This document shows, piece by piece, positions 46,206 through 56,148 of a stretch of 64,000 bases of DNA. A program made the translations under genes and the position numbers. The notes under the pieces are model-generated. The model was not told where the DNA came from and ran no database searches. It saw nothing but the letters and a program-made list of their open reading frames with translations. Within the stretch, counting starts at the first letter, position 1. The number at the start of each line of letters is the position of its first letter. The DNA is from Candidatus Magasanikiibacteriota bacterium (GTDB lineage: Bacteria; Patescibacteriota; Patescibacteriia; Magasanikbacterales; UBA922). Location of the stretch: NCBI GenBank assembly GCA_003518365.1, contig DOYU01000010.1, positions 1,938-65,937 on the forward strand, given 5' to 3'.

Positions 46206-46526
46206 ATGTTCTTGCTTGCTATGGATGACAATGACATTGAAGCGATCCTTCGGGACGCTAAAAACGTAAGAATGCCACATCGACGCGGATCATTTAATCC
46301 GTTATCTTCTCTTCCAGAACCAAAAGCCAAAATCAAACAAGCAATCAAGGAAAGAATCAGACTCTTGGCCGGTGCTTATATCTCACTGGCTGGATTTGTA
46401 GACGATGACGATATCCGGTTTGCCGAGGATAATCCAAAGTCAAAGAAAACTCGAGCAATGTATCACAAAGTGCTCGAGGATATGGAAATAGCAAAAAAAG
46501 AAATAAGGGAATTTAAAATATTATAG
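46206..46526 (+). CDS. Hypothetical protein (island)
   Basis: 106-aa ORF, convergent on the acidic ORF; start may be the second Met. Confidence 0.6.
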   Translation: MFLLAMDDNDIEAILRDAKNVRMPHRRGSFNPLSSLPEPKAKIKQAIKERIRLLAGAYISLAGFVDDDDIRFAEDNPKSKKTRAMYHKVLEDMEIAKKEIREFKIL

Positions 46527-46700
46527 TAACTCTTCAAGCTCAACGGCATCGTCCTCGTCCACACCCAAATCTTCCATGATCTCCTGCACACGCTCGGCCG
46601 TGTCCTTATCAAGATCGTGACTTTCCATAAGCTCGACGACTTCTTTGTTTGGAGCTTCTTCGGCTGGTTCATCTTTAATTGGATCGTTATCGTCTACCAT
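46521..46700 (-). CDS. 59-aa highly acidic protein (not in the ORF track)
   Basis: MVDDNDPIKDEPAEEAPNKEVVELMESHDLDKDTAERVQEIMEDLGVDEDDAVELEELL*; starts 14 nt after the ATPase stop. Confidence 0.7.
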   Translation of the reverse strand: MVDDNDPIKDEPAEEAPNKEVVELMESHDLDKDTAERVQEIMEDLGVDEDDAVELEELL

Positions 46701-46714
46701 AGCCCATATTTACT

Positions 46715-48388
46715 TTAGGCTTTCCCTGATAATAATGTGATAAGTCTGCCTTTAATATTTTCATAAACCGATGTTAGCTTCTTTTTCGCCGCATCAGTTA
46801 AAAGTGCTGTGTGAGCAAGAGAGTCTCGAATTGGCTTATACTCGTTTGCGTCTCTCGCAAGACAAGCCTCCTTAGTTGGATCTTTTGCTTTATCTACGAG
46901 GTATGCGAGATCATTCATGGATAAATAACTCAAATCACTATTATTTTTACGAATACCAATACTAACGTTGCCTTTATTTTTAGACTCTGTTTCTACTTTT
47001 TTCCATTTCGCAATTTCTGTTTTTGCTTCCTTTGACAGGGTTATTTTCTTTTCACCAATATAATTTCTGATTAAATTTTCTGACACAAAACATTCCGCAT
47101 AAGAACCAAAATTATATTGGGCATCATCAGCAAGATCATTAACCCACGTGTCAATTTTCTTTTTATGTTTTGATTTTCCTGCAACTGTGTATTCTTTGGA
47201 AACAGTGTTAAATAACTCCATTGATTTCCTATCTCGAGGGGTCATTCTCTCGTTTTCTGAATCGCCATCCTTCCTGTGGGCTATTCTCCATTTGTCCCAA
47301 TCTTCAACGATTTTTAATATCACACTTTTTCGCAGAGTATCTAGAAACTTTTTATATTTTGGATCATCGGCAACCACACCCTCTCGACTACTAGTAAATA
47401 TATCATCACCACTATCAAGTTCATTGAAGTGAATCTGCCCATACAAATAATTCTCAGCTACTCGAGATGTCGGTATGTGTTTTAGGATATCTCTTTCTCG
47501 CAATCTTCCGTTTACAAAAAGGTCAATTCCGATTCTTTCCTCAGTCGTCATTATTTTAAGATCTCTTGGTCGTTCAACTGACGCAATAAATCCTTTCATT
47601 TTATTTCCTTTAAGAACGATGTCTCTTTGCTCGTTTTTTTCTGTAGTAAATCTCTTCTCAAGACTTTGAATGTAAGGATCTTTATGTTCATTTATTTTCC
47701 ATAAAAACTCTGTTTTTTCAGCAAGATCATTGAGAGATTCGTGTGTGACTTTGTCGCCATCAATAAAAATATTAAATGTTTTATCTAAAAGTGAAAAACG
47801 AAAATATAAAGCAACAATCTTTTTCAAAAATTCTAAGCTATTTTGTATGCCGTCCTTGATGCCCTCAAAATAAATTATTGTGCCGTGTTTGTGATCTTTT
47901 GTATGGGTAGCAAAAGTGCTTTCTGTCCACGATCCAAGAGAATACTCCTTGGGAGTAAGATCTTCTGTTATTGCCTTGTCCAAACCCGAGTTATCAATGA
48001 CACCACCAATATAATTGCTGGATTTAGTTTTTGAGATAACAGTTATTTTTTCCGCACAAGATAACAAGGCTAATTTACCAATACCTTTTCTGCCTATAAA
48101 AGGTCTGCCCTTAGGGGAGGCGGAACCGCCATTTTTTCTCTTTGAGTATCCAATTTTCAAAAACTTATTTTGAAAATCATCCTTTGTCATACCCAAACCA
48201 TCATCCTTAATAAAAAAGCTATTACCTTTTTTATTGATATAGATTGAGACATTTTTTGCGTCAGCATCCCATGCGTTAGAGATTGCTTCTCCGAGAACCG
48301 TTGCAAAACTTCTGTACAGATTTCTTCCTAAGTGATTTAAGACGCTCAGTGAAATCTCAAAAGAGAAATTATCATTATTGTTTTTCAT
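46715..48388 (-). CDS. GHKL (MutL/Hsp90/MORC-like) ATPase
   Basis: E.ISNAWDADA, DDG.GM, GRKGIGKLA, HGT motifs. Confidence 0.88.
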   Translation of the reverse strand: MKNNNDNFSFEISLSVLNHLGRNLYRSFATVLGEAISNAWDADAKNVSIYINKKGNSFFIKDDGLGMTKDDFQNKFLKIGYSKRKNGGSASPKGRPFIGRKGIGKLALLSCAEKITVISKTKSSNYIGGVIDNSGLDKAITEDLTPKEYSLGSWTESTFATHTKDHKHGTIIYFEGIKDGIQNSLEFLKKIVALYFRFSLLDKTFNIFIDGDKVTHESLNDLAEKTEFLWKINEHKDPYIQSLEKRFTTEKNEQRDIVLKGNKMKGFIASVERPRDLKIMTTEERIGIDLFVNGRLRERDILKHIPTSRVAENYLYGQIHFNELDSGDDIFTSSREGVVADDPKYKKFLDTLRKSVILKIVEDWDKWRIAHRKDGDSENERMTPRDRKSMELFNTVSKEYTVAGKSKHKKKIDTWVNDLADDAQYNFGSYAECFVSENLIRNYIGEKKITLSKEAKTEIAKWKKVETESKNKGNVSIGIRKNNSDLSYLSMNDLAYLVDKAKDPTKEACLARDANEYKPIRDSLAHTALLTDAAKKKLTSVYENIKGRLITLLSGKA

Positions 48389-49445
48389 AATATTTTAGGT
48401 GGTTCTTGATACTCTTGCCAATGACTGATCCCAGCCTTACTGGTACTGCATTTCCAATAAACTTCGCTACTTTAGTAACTACCATAGCGTCTTCAGACTC
48501 GGTAAATTTATAATTTTCAGGGAATGTTTGAAATATTGCGGCCTCCCTTAAACTTATAGCACGATTTTGTGTTGGGTGACCAAAACGACCATTCCCTAGA
48601 CCTATACATTGTGTGGTCATAGTCGGTGCTGGTTCATCCCATCTCATCCGACCGTATACGGTGCTTCGATAGGTCTTTCCGGAAGCCTTTTTGTGACAAG
48701 TAAGCATTAGATCTTCACTCCAGCTTTCTGAATTTCCACCATTGTGGGGAGTTGCCTTGATTCTCTCAAGATTTATTGGATCAAGTTTTCTTGCCTTATG
48801 GAGAGGGTCTTTTTTGCTCGTTTGACCATCTTTGATTGGTTCAAGGTGCCTGATGACATCACGAACAGTAACTCTTTTATCCTTGTGAGTTCTTTTTATC
48901 AATTCAATTTCACCAAACCTTGAAGCCAACAAAACTAATCGTTTTCGTTTTTGCGGTACGCCAAATTCTGAAACATCTACTACTTCATATTTATATTTAT
49001 ATCCATTATCCACCAGCGTCTTAATAAACTTAGCAAAAACGGGATATTTATTTGTGTCAGCTAAACCACTAACATTTTCCATTGAGACAATGTCTGGCTG
49101 AATAGCCGCGATAAGTTGAGCAAATTTGCCCAATGGCTCAAGTTGCTTTTCAGTAACTTTTTTTAAGTTTAATCTTGAAAATGGCTGACAAGGTGCGCAA
49201 CCAGCAAGAACACGAATCGTACCCTTTTTTGTTCCAAATAATTTATTAATTTGATCAGGCGTTACCTTGAGAATATCACTATCAATAAATTGAGTTTTGT
49301 TGTTGTACTCATAACCAAATTTACAGCTTGAATCGTTATCAATTCCTGCTACCACATCTAAACCCTCCTTGATAAGACCATGTGTAAGTCCACCAATGCC
49401 ACAAAATAGATCAACGACTTTAATTTTTGAGGATTGTGATTTCAT
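48375..49445 (-). CDS. DNA (cytosine-5) methyltransferase
   Basis: DLFCGIGG, GCAPCQPFS, ENV, Q.RKR, R..S.REAA..QTFP, IGNAVP. Confidence 0.95.
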   Translation of the reverse strand: MKSQSSKIKVVDLFCGIGGLTHGLIKEGLDVVAGIDNDSSCKFGYEYNNKTQFIDSDILKVTPDQINKLFGTKKGTIRVLAGCAPCQPFSRLNLKKVTEKQLEPLGKFAQLIAAIQPDIVSMENVSGLADTNKYPVFAKFIKTLVDNGYKYKYEVVDVSEFGVPQKRKRLVLLASRFGEIELIKRTHKDKRVTVRDVIRHLEPIKDGQTSKKDPLHKARKLDPINLERIKATPHNGGNSESWSEDLMLTCHKKASGKTYRSTVYGRMRWDEPAPTMTTQCIGLGNGRFGHPTQNRAISLREAAIFQTFPENYKFTESEDAMVVTKVAKFIGNAVPVRLGSVIGKSIKNHLKYYEKQ

Positions 49446-49550
49446 ACTAACAATAATTATATCAGTTTATCGAAAATTTTTCGATAGCAAATCTTGCTTA
49501 TTTTTACTGAGTAAGTCCAGTACTTTCACTTTTAGGGTAATCTTGAGCTA

Positions 49551-51086
49551 TTATACCGTACTGTATAAAACGGAATTATTTTCAACGTGGGTTAAAAATT
49601 CCTCGATTGTTTTTGGCAAGATCGAAAGATTCTCTTTCTCCTTAACATAATTAATCTGCATTACAGAATCTTTGAATATGCTAGGGGCCACAAAGTAACA
49701 CATAGAATCCTTTGTACCTTTTTGGAATTGGCTCAAATGTCTTGAGATCGGCCACACTTCCATCATAGTTTGCATGCGTCCCTCCGACATTGTAACTTCG
49801 ACTAATATACCCTTAACATCCTCGAAACATTCAATGTCACCCTTATCTCCAACGCCTCCAGCTGTTGATGTTGGGAGACCTTCATCGTCGTAAGGATAGT
49901 TTGATACCACTCTAACATTTGGAAACTTGGATTTAATAGCCAAAGACACAAGAAACTCTAATCTGACAGGATTTGATAAGTATTTCAAAACATCATCTTT
50001 TGTTAATCTCTTCTTGGCCAAATTTAACATTTCATCTTTAATCCTGTTCCAAGGATAAATACCAACCCACTTAGCCAAAAAGGCGTCTCTCTCGCCGACA
50101 CTTACCGGCTTGGCAACAAACGAGATAAGATTTTCATCCACAGCCGACATATACTCAAAATATGATTCCTCTGTGGTGTATTTTTTATAATCAGAATAAG
50201 TTGCTAAAGCATAATCAACCTTAGTTTGTTCATTTCTGTTTATATCAATAAAACGACCAGCACCTCTTAATGAGATCAATCCTGTTAATCTCATTTTTCT
50301 AATAAACTCATCCGGATAGTCAACCATTATCGACTTCGGATTAAATTTCTTAAAATCACCGTCCATGATCTGGTTAACACAAATATCCACAATAACTTCC
50401 CAGCTCGGGGTATAGCCGTGTTCTTTTCTGATTTTCTTTATAAGTTTGTAAAGCTTCTCGGCGTCGTTATCTTTCCAGAAAATAACCAAGGGCAATTCTA
50501 ATTTTGAAATTCCGGTCCCGTTTAAATCCTTGTCAGCATTTATTTTATTAATCACACTCAGTAGTAAAATCAGCGGTGCATTTTCATTGAGTACTCGCCT
50601 GAATGGACTATTGCTTTGATATTTTACAAATGCATTCAGAAAAGCCTGTTGTTCAAATTCTGGGTGTTCGTTATCAACCAATTTTAATCCAATATCAGAA
50701 AATCTTATCTTTTCACCGTTTTTGTAATAAACAAAACCAAGCTCTTTGGCAATCTTAAACCAAGTATCAAACCGAGAAGCCCAGCCCTTACTAAAACCGG
50801 CTTCTTTATGATTTTGCGGATTATCCTCAAGAACCTTTTTCACTTCAGAATCAGACAACGGCTCTTTTGTTTCAATTTTATTCTTTACAACAGCACTTAT
50901 GTTAGTCGGCTTATATAGTCCGACCCGAATAACTTCACCGGAGATTTCTTCAGCCAACTGATCGTCAAGCACTTTTCCGTTGTAATCTTTAAGTACTCCC
51001 AAAAACCACTTAAGCCTTTCTGGGTTTCTAAGTGTAGTAGTAAATAATAATGGTTTATATTCTGATTCTCTTGTTTTTGTTTTCAT
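49551..51086 (-). CDS. AlwI-family type IIS restriction endonuclease
   Basis: N-terminal FTTT.RNPER; C-terminal DDEGLP.STAGG...DI....LVEVT (PD-ExK-like). Confidence 0.8.
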   Translation of the reverse strand: MKTKTRESEYKPLLFTTTLRNPERLKWFLGVLKDYNGKVLDDQLAEEISGEVIRVGLYKPTNISAVVKNKIETKEPLSDSEVKKVLEDNPQNHKEAGFSKGWASRFDTWFKIAKELGFVYYKNGEKIRFSDIGLKLVDNEHPEFEQQAFLNAFVKYQSNSPFRRVLNENAPLILLLSVINKINADKDLNGTGISKLELPLVIFWKDNDAEKLYKLIKKIRKEHGYTPSWEVIVDICVNQIMDGDFKKFNPKSIMVDYPDEFIRKMRLTGLISLRGAGRFIDINRNEQTKVDYALATYSDYKKYTTEESYFEYMSAVDENLISFVAKPVSVGERDAFLAKWVGIYPWNRIKDEMLNLAKKRLTKDDVLKYLSNPVRLEFLVSLAIKSKFPNVRVVSNYPYDDEGLPTSTAGGVGDKGDIECFEDVKGILVEVTMSEGRMQTMMEVWPISRHLSQFQKGTKDSMCYFVAPSIFKDSVMQINYVKEKENLSILPKTIEEFLTHVENNSVLYSTV

Positions 51087-51090
51087 ATAT

Positions 51091-51996
51091 TTAATAATTG
51101 GTAATTAACACTTCCTTGATCTGTTTCTTACCGTTATTGTGATAGCTGATATAATTGCTTTCAATTTTGTGCGTCTTATATTTTTTCATCCAATCAATCA
51201 GTAAATCATTTTTACTTCCGTTATAATGGGTTACATTTGATAGGGCAAACTTTATACCCTTCTTATCCAAATCATCAATCATCCCCAGCAAGTCGGCTTC
51301 AGCTTTTTGATCCCACCGCTTGTTGTATTCGCTTGCTGTTATCAGATAGGGTGGATCTAAATAAACGAAATCATTCTTAGAATATTTCCGGTTTGCAAAA
51401 TAAGCTCTGAAGTCCTTTGAACTTAAAGTCATCTTCTTATCTTGCACAAAATCAAAATAACCATTCAGAGCGTTAACAACATTTTTATTAAAATCGACAT
51501 TGCCAACCGGTAAATTAAATTTACCACCACCATTAAACCTCAACATTCTATTAAAACCATAGATAAGTAGAATATACAGAATTAAAGGATCATTCTTTAT
51601 GTGTTTATTTACGCAAACTCTTAATTTTTCGTAGCCCTCTTTATTAAATTTGGCAAAATAGGTCTTTTTCCATTCTTTTTTTAACGAGACCGGAATTATA
51701 TCTTCTTTATAAGATCGTGATAGGTGATATTTCTTGATTATCTTTTCTACATTCTTAAAAAATAAAGTTGGGTTATTTGCACTATTAATTAAGAAACGAT
51801 GTATGTTGATTAAATTTTTATCGTTATCATTTAAGTAGTATTTATTTGCGTTAATATTTAAAAAGACAGTACCACCGCCGACAAATGGTTCGTAAAAATT
51901 GTCTACTTCCTGTGGAAATAAACCAGCCAGTTGCTTCATTAATTTGTATTTATCCCCGACATAAAATAGCGGGGATCTCTTAATTTTATTTTGCAT
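51091..51996 (-). CDS. Dam/D12-class DNA adenine methyltransferase
   Basis: SPL.Y.GDK, EPFVGGG, RFN..G.FN.P.G, YLDPPY, EVLI.NY. Confidence 0.92.
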   Translation of the reverse strand: MQNKIKRSPLFYVGDKYKLMKQLAGLFPQEVDNFYEPFVGGGTVFLNINANKYYLNDNDKNLINIHRFLINSANNPTLFFKNVEKIIKKYHLSRSYKEDIIPVSLKKEWKKTYFAKFNKEGYEKLRVCVNKHIKNDPLILYILLIYGFNRMLRFNGGGKFNLPVGNVDFNKNVVNALNGYFDFVQDKKMTLSSKDFRAYFANRKYSKNDFVYLDPPYLITASEYNKRWDQKAEADLLGMIDDLDKKGIKFALSNVTHYNGSKNDLLIDWMKKYKTHKIESNYISYHNNGKKQIKEVLITNY

Positions 51997-53803
51997 GGTT
52001 TACGGTGGTTACAAATAAATACTCTTTATGGTTTTTGAAATCGGTATTGCCAGCGTTGAAATGCCTGTAGTCTTTTTCAAAGACTTTAGTTTTTCCCTTT
52101 GCCGATAAAATATCCTTGATCTCTTGTAGAGTAATTTTATTTTTTGATGAATTGCTTTTTGAATCGTAAGTATTATTGTAAGACACGACTAAATACTTGG
52201 CATTCAAATCTTTTACTAATTCGGCAAGCCTGTCTTTTGCTTGAACACGGCAATAATCGCTCATATTTTCCTCCTGAGGCTTCAGGGCGGTCCCAAACAA
52301 CTCTGGCTTATCCCATTTCGTTAAAGTTTCTAGGACATGGTAGAAACGACTATACTGCCTCGAGTTATAGGGTGGATCAATATAAACAATGTCAGCTTTA
52401 ATTTTTTTAGCTAAGAGGTTCGTATCTTCTTTATAAATTGTGACATTTTTTACTTCAATCGGATCAATAGGTCTCATAAAAAATCCGTCTTCGACATGTT
52501 CTTTTTTGAAATATGCATCATAGTGACCAACTGTATTGGCAACCTTATCGATTGAATACAATAACGAAGCAATAAGAATATAATATTCTTTATCCGACAG
52601 GTTCTTTCTGTTTTCCTCTATAGTTTCTCTAATGAACCCTATTATTTTGGCTGAGTTGTGGCTAAAATACTTACCGCCAAAATTAGTAGAAAAATAATTA
52701 TTCTCTAAATCACCACCGTCAATGTTGTTGTAGTCTTTGATAATATTTTCAATCTTGTTTTTATCCCATTCTCCATTGCCAAAAAAGGCTTGATAAATTG
52801 CATAGTTAGAATGTAAAAAATCGTTAAGAATGATTTCATCATAGTGTCTGGCCGCAACAGCCGAAACCACTCCGGTCCCAGCAAAAATATCAGCGAAAGA
52901 GTTGCCTTTTTCGCACTCCTTATTAATTACGGAAAATATCCATTCAATAAGTTTGTGCTTACTGCCAATATATCGGCGGTTTTGTAATTGTAAATAATTC
53001 TTTTTTACCTGTGGAATATAAAAATAATTCTCCTGTACTTTTTCGGCACTTATTTCGTAAGCTGGTTTTTCAAGCTCTAAAAGAGCAAACAAAGTTCCTT
53101 GTACACCGTCAGCTACATAGTCATAACTCTTTTTATCTTTGCTTAATTTTTCAAAAAAGCTACAGCTTCCGTTCTCCGCTGTGATAATAAAATCAATAAC
53201 AGCAATGCCCATTATCTCTCCAGCTTGGGATATTTTTTGTACCACCTCAATATCTCTTGTACTGGGAGATGAATCTCCGGAGGGGTGATTATGAACTAAT
53301 ATGATACTAGCGGAGTTAAGTTCTACTGCTGGATGAAAAATTTCTCTGGGATGTATTAAGCTTTTATCTAGCAAACCTACACTAATAATTTCTTTCTTTA
53401 TCAAAACATTTCTGGCGTTAAGATAAAGACACACTAAATATTCCTTTTTCTTGTCTCGTAGATCGTATGTTAAAGATAAAACATCCTGTTGGTTTTTTAT
53501 GATAGTGTCGCCACCTTTTTCTTCATCATAAAATCTTTTTACTAATGAAATGGCAGAAATAATTTGTAAGGCCTTGGCTTGCCCAATACCAGAAACCTCT
53601 AATAGGTCTTCAACTTTAATATTTAAAAAATTCTTGCCAAATTTCTTAATAATCTGTTCTGATAGCTGTTTAACATTTTTGCCTTTAATCCCACTACCCA
53701 GAAGAATCGCCAAAAGATCACTCTTTGAAAGTGCTTCTGATCCTTTTTTAAGGAACCTCTCTCGAGGACGATCTATTTTGGGGATGTCTTTTATTTTTGG
53801 CAT
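51986..53803 (-). CDS. RadC (JAB domain) fused to a D12-class DNA adenine methyltransferase
   Basis: N-terminal PRER..LS..LLAILLGSG, HhH, HPREIF, HNHPSGD..PS..D; C-terminal RRYIGSK, DIFAGTG, YIDPPYN. Confidence 0.88.
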   Translation of the reverse strand: MPKIKDIPKIDRPRERFLKKGSEALSKSDLLAILLGSGIKGKNVKQLSEQIIKKFGKNFLNIKVEDLLEVSGIGQAKALQIISAISLVKRFYDEEKGGDTIIKNQQDVLSLTYDLRDKKKEYLVCLYLNARNVLIKKEIISVGLLDKSLIHPREIFHPAVELNSASIILVHNHPSGDSSPSTRDIEVVQKISQAGEIMGIAVIDFIITAENGSCSFFEKLSKDKKSYDYVADGVQGTLFALLELEKPAYEISAEKVQENYFYIPQVKKNYLQLQNRRYIGSKHKLIEWIFSVINKECEKGNSFADIFAGTGVVSAVAARHYDEIILNDFLHSNYAIYQAFFGNGEWDKNKIENIIKDYNNIDGGDLENNYFSTNFGGKYFSHNSAKIIGFIRETIEENRKNLSDKEYYILIASLLYSIDKVANTVGHYDAYFKKEHVEDGFFMRPIDPIEVKNVTIYKEDTNLLAKKIKADIVYIDPPYNSRQYSRFYHVLETLTKWDKPELFGTALKPQEENMSDYCRVQAKDRLAELVKDLNAKYLVVSYNNTYDSKSNSSKNKITLQEIKDILSAKGKTKVFEKDYRHFNAGNTDFKNHKEYLFVTTVNHAK

Positions 53804-53806
53804 ATT

Positions 53807-54001
53807 TTAATTCTTCTTTTTGGTTTTAATATTACTTGTCTCATCCAAAAAAGCATTGAGATCAGATTGCTTGATACGCCAAACACCAAGCTTGGATGCC
53901 TTTAACCTGCCCGACTCGATATATCGGGTGACAGTGCGTGTATGAACTCTTAAAATTTTGGCGATTTCTTCTATTGTGAAAAGTTTTTCAATTTCGTTCA
54001 T
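53807..54001 (-). CDS. Excisionase-like HTH (MerR/HTH_17) protein
   Basis: LFTIEEIAKILRVH.RTV.RYI..G.L.A.K....WRI...DL..FL. Confidence 0.85.
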   Translation of the reverse strand: MNEIEKLFTIEEIAKILRVHTRTVTRYIESGRLKASKLGVWRIKQSDLNAFLDETSNIKTKKKN

Positions 54002-54174
54002 AAGAATTATATTAGTCGTTGATATCATTTTACCTCTTCTGCTTTTCATTGTCAAAATCGCCGTATTTTGTCATAATACACTTGTGGGGTTGAGTAATCA
54101 GATATTACCGACTCAATCCCTATATCCAAAAATTAGTGAATGGCTGGCATAAAATGGGTCCCATTCACTAAAAA

Positions 54175-54909
54175 ATGAACTGGGAAGTAAGGATTAGGCT
54201 TGCATCCAGTAAAAACATGACTATGAAAATGAAAAAGGCCTCAAAGACCACAAAATACAAATTCAACATAAAGAAAATTGTCTCTAAGTCAATGACTTAC
54301 CGTTTTTCTCTCGGAATAGTTAAAGATGTTGTAAAAAATGCTCTGGAAAATTCCGGTATCAAAAATTCGGATGATATTATAAAGAGGCACGAGGACGAGA
54401 TCGTAGAGCTAAAAGATAGGCTAAACAAAACAGACACTAAATTTGAAAGCTATAAAAAAGAGACTAACAAAACAATTGCCGAATTAAAAGATGAACTGGG
54501 AAAAGTTAGTAAACAGAACCTGACTCAGATCGGCCGAGAAATGGCTATCGGTTTTTATGAACAGAGCCAAAAGATACGGTCCAAACAGAAAGAAAAGAAA
54601 ACTAAAGAAACTTTGCTCTGCCTCTCCTCAGACGGCGATCTATACCTAGCGTCCAATCAACAAAAATGTTATCCGATGAGTAAAGAGAAAATGCGTGAGA
54701 AATTGATAAAAGTTTTATGCTCGGCCAAAGGTTATATCAAGACGGCCGAGTTGGCTGAAATGGTCGGCACGACCAATCAAGCGATTAGAAATTCCAAGCT
54801 GGAGATAAATAATAAATCTAAAAATCGGATTGGCATTGATAAACTGATTATCGGCCGTGACGGCAATGGCTATCGCTTAAATCCAGAATATAAAATCAAA
54901 ATACTATAG
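54175..54909 (+). CDS. Coiled-coil protein with C-terminal winged helix
   Basis: TAELAEMVG....AIR ... G.GYRLN C-terminus; start uncertain. Confidence 0.6.
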   Translation: MNWEVRIRLASSKNMTMKMKKASKTTKYKFNIKKIVSKSMTYRFSLGIVKDVVKNALENSGIKNSDDIIKRHEDEIVELKDRLNKTDTKFESYKKETNKTIAELKDELGKVSKQNLTQIGREMAIGFYEQSQKIRSKQKEKKTKETLLCLSSDGDLYLASNQQKCYPMSKEKMREKLIKVLCSAKGYIKTAELAEMVGTTNQAIRNSKLEINNKSKNRIGIDKLIIGRDGNGYRLNPEYKIKIL

Positions 54910-55055
54910 CGTAATAGTCGGTGTAGTTAATAACTTCAATGAGAGAGCCTGAAATAGGGCTCTTTTTTGTTGCCCAACTACACCTGGGCATTATTCCAAG
55001 AGATGGGCAACGATTGGCAAACTATAAATGTGTGAGAGTAAAAAAATGAAATGAT

Positions 55056-55307
55056 ATGCCAATCAAACAAAGTGAGAGTTTCAAGACCGCCGATCTGGCA
55101 TTGATCGCGGTGCTTTTATTATTAATGCCCGAATCTCTTGAGGTCGTGGATCGGACAAATCCGCATAAGGTCCTCTTTGGATTTAAAACTGACCGCAAGC
55201 TCGAAAAGCTTATGGACAGTTTTTGGAAACGAGAGCTTGTGGTCGAACCTCAAGCGTTCTTTAACCAAATCAAAATCGCCAAAGCCAGGATCTATGTCCA
55301 CGAATAA
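55056..55307 (+). CDS. DUF5659-like small phage/element protein
   Basis: F.T.DL.L.A.L....F.F......FW...L.VEP..FF...K..K.RIY. Confidence 0.65.
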   Translation: MPIKQSESFKTADLALIAVLLLLMPESLEVVDRTNPHKVLFGFKTDRKLEKLMDSFWKRELVVEPQAFFNQIKIAKARIYVHE

Positions 55308-55309
55308 AT

Positions 55310-55519
55310 ATGAAGTTAAAACCGGAAACGCTGGAAAAACTCCGAGCGATTCTCAAAAAAGACTTTGGCCAAGAAGTGAATGATCAAGACCTCCACGATA
55401 TCGCATTCAATCTCGTGAGTTATTACGACGCTCTGTCGCGATTCTACTGGGAGGATATCACGAGCGGTCGAAAGCTTATAGAACCATATGACACAGTACC
55501 CGAGCGACAAACCACATAA
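55310..55519 (+). CDS. Hypothetical small protein
   Basis: 69-aa ORF tightly coupled to its neighbours. Confidence 0.6.
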   Translation: MKLKPETLEKLRAILKKDFGQEVNDQDLHDIAFNLVSYYDALSRFYWEDITSGRKLIEPYDTVPERQTT

Positions 55520-56060
55520 GATCAGAGATTATCGCGAATTGCCGTTTGCTTACCAAGATAAGCCAGCTTTGCGGTACATGCGACAACAATGGCTCGATAA
55601 GCACATTAGCATTGATGCCTACCGGAATCTCCGGAACATGTATCTGGCTTTGACTGAGATTGCCTCCAACAAAGCCAGTCAAACCATAGAGGCGTCCAAC
55701 AAAACGCTTTTGATTTATTCCGGACTCAAAGACTGGCGAACGATTAAGAATTGTTTGTCCAAGCTCGAGGAGTGGGCTTTTATCGCGATCACAAAAACTC
55801 GGGGCGAGGATGCAAAGTTCAAGCCCCGAGGTATCACTTTGCTGTCCGTCCTACATCTGACGCAGGGTGGAAACCAATCAGCATCAAAAGCCGGACGGCA
55901 TAGCACGCAGACTGCCTCCGGTGCAGAAGATATAGAAGGTAATGGATTAAAAGAAATTAAAGAAAATAATAAAGAAATTAACGGCCGGTCCAAGAATTTA
56001 AAACTCTTGGCCGAGGCGAGAGCCAAACTCGTAGCTAAGATGACCCTACAAAACAAATGA
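55488..56060 (+). CDS. Putative wHTH replication-initiator-like protein
   Basis: Y..L...A......S...L...SGL...TI...L..LEE..FI, followed by a low-complexity linker. Confidence 0.5.
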   Translation: MTQYPSDKPHKIRDYRELPFAYQDKPALRYMRQQWLDKHISIDAYRNLRNMYLALTEIASNKASQTIEASNKTLLIYSGLKDWRTIKNCLSKLEEWAFIAITKTRGEDAKFKPRGITLLSVLHLTQGGNQSASKAGRHSTQTASGAEDIEGNGLKEIKENNKEINGRSKNLKLLAEARAKLVAKMTLQNK

Positions 56061-56148
56061 TTTTCGGTTATAAACGGCAACATTTGGCAACGAAATGAGC
56101 AAAAAACCGATAATAAATAATCATTAAACGATACTAAATGATACCTAA

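Noticed and set aside
46463-46672. 69-aa minus-strand ORF in the track
   Set aside because: The alternative frame 46521-46700 gives a more coherent protein with better spacing to its neighbours.
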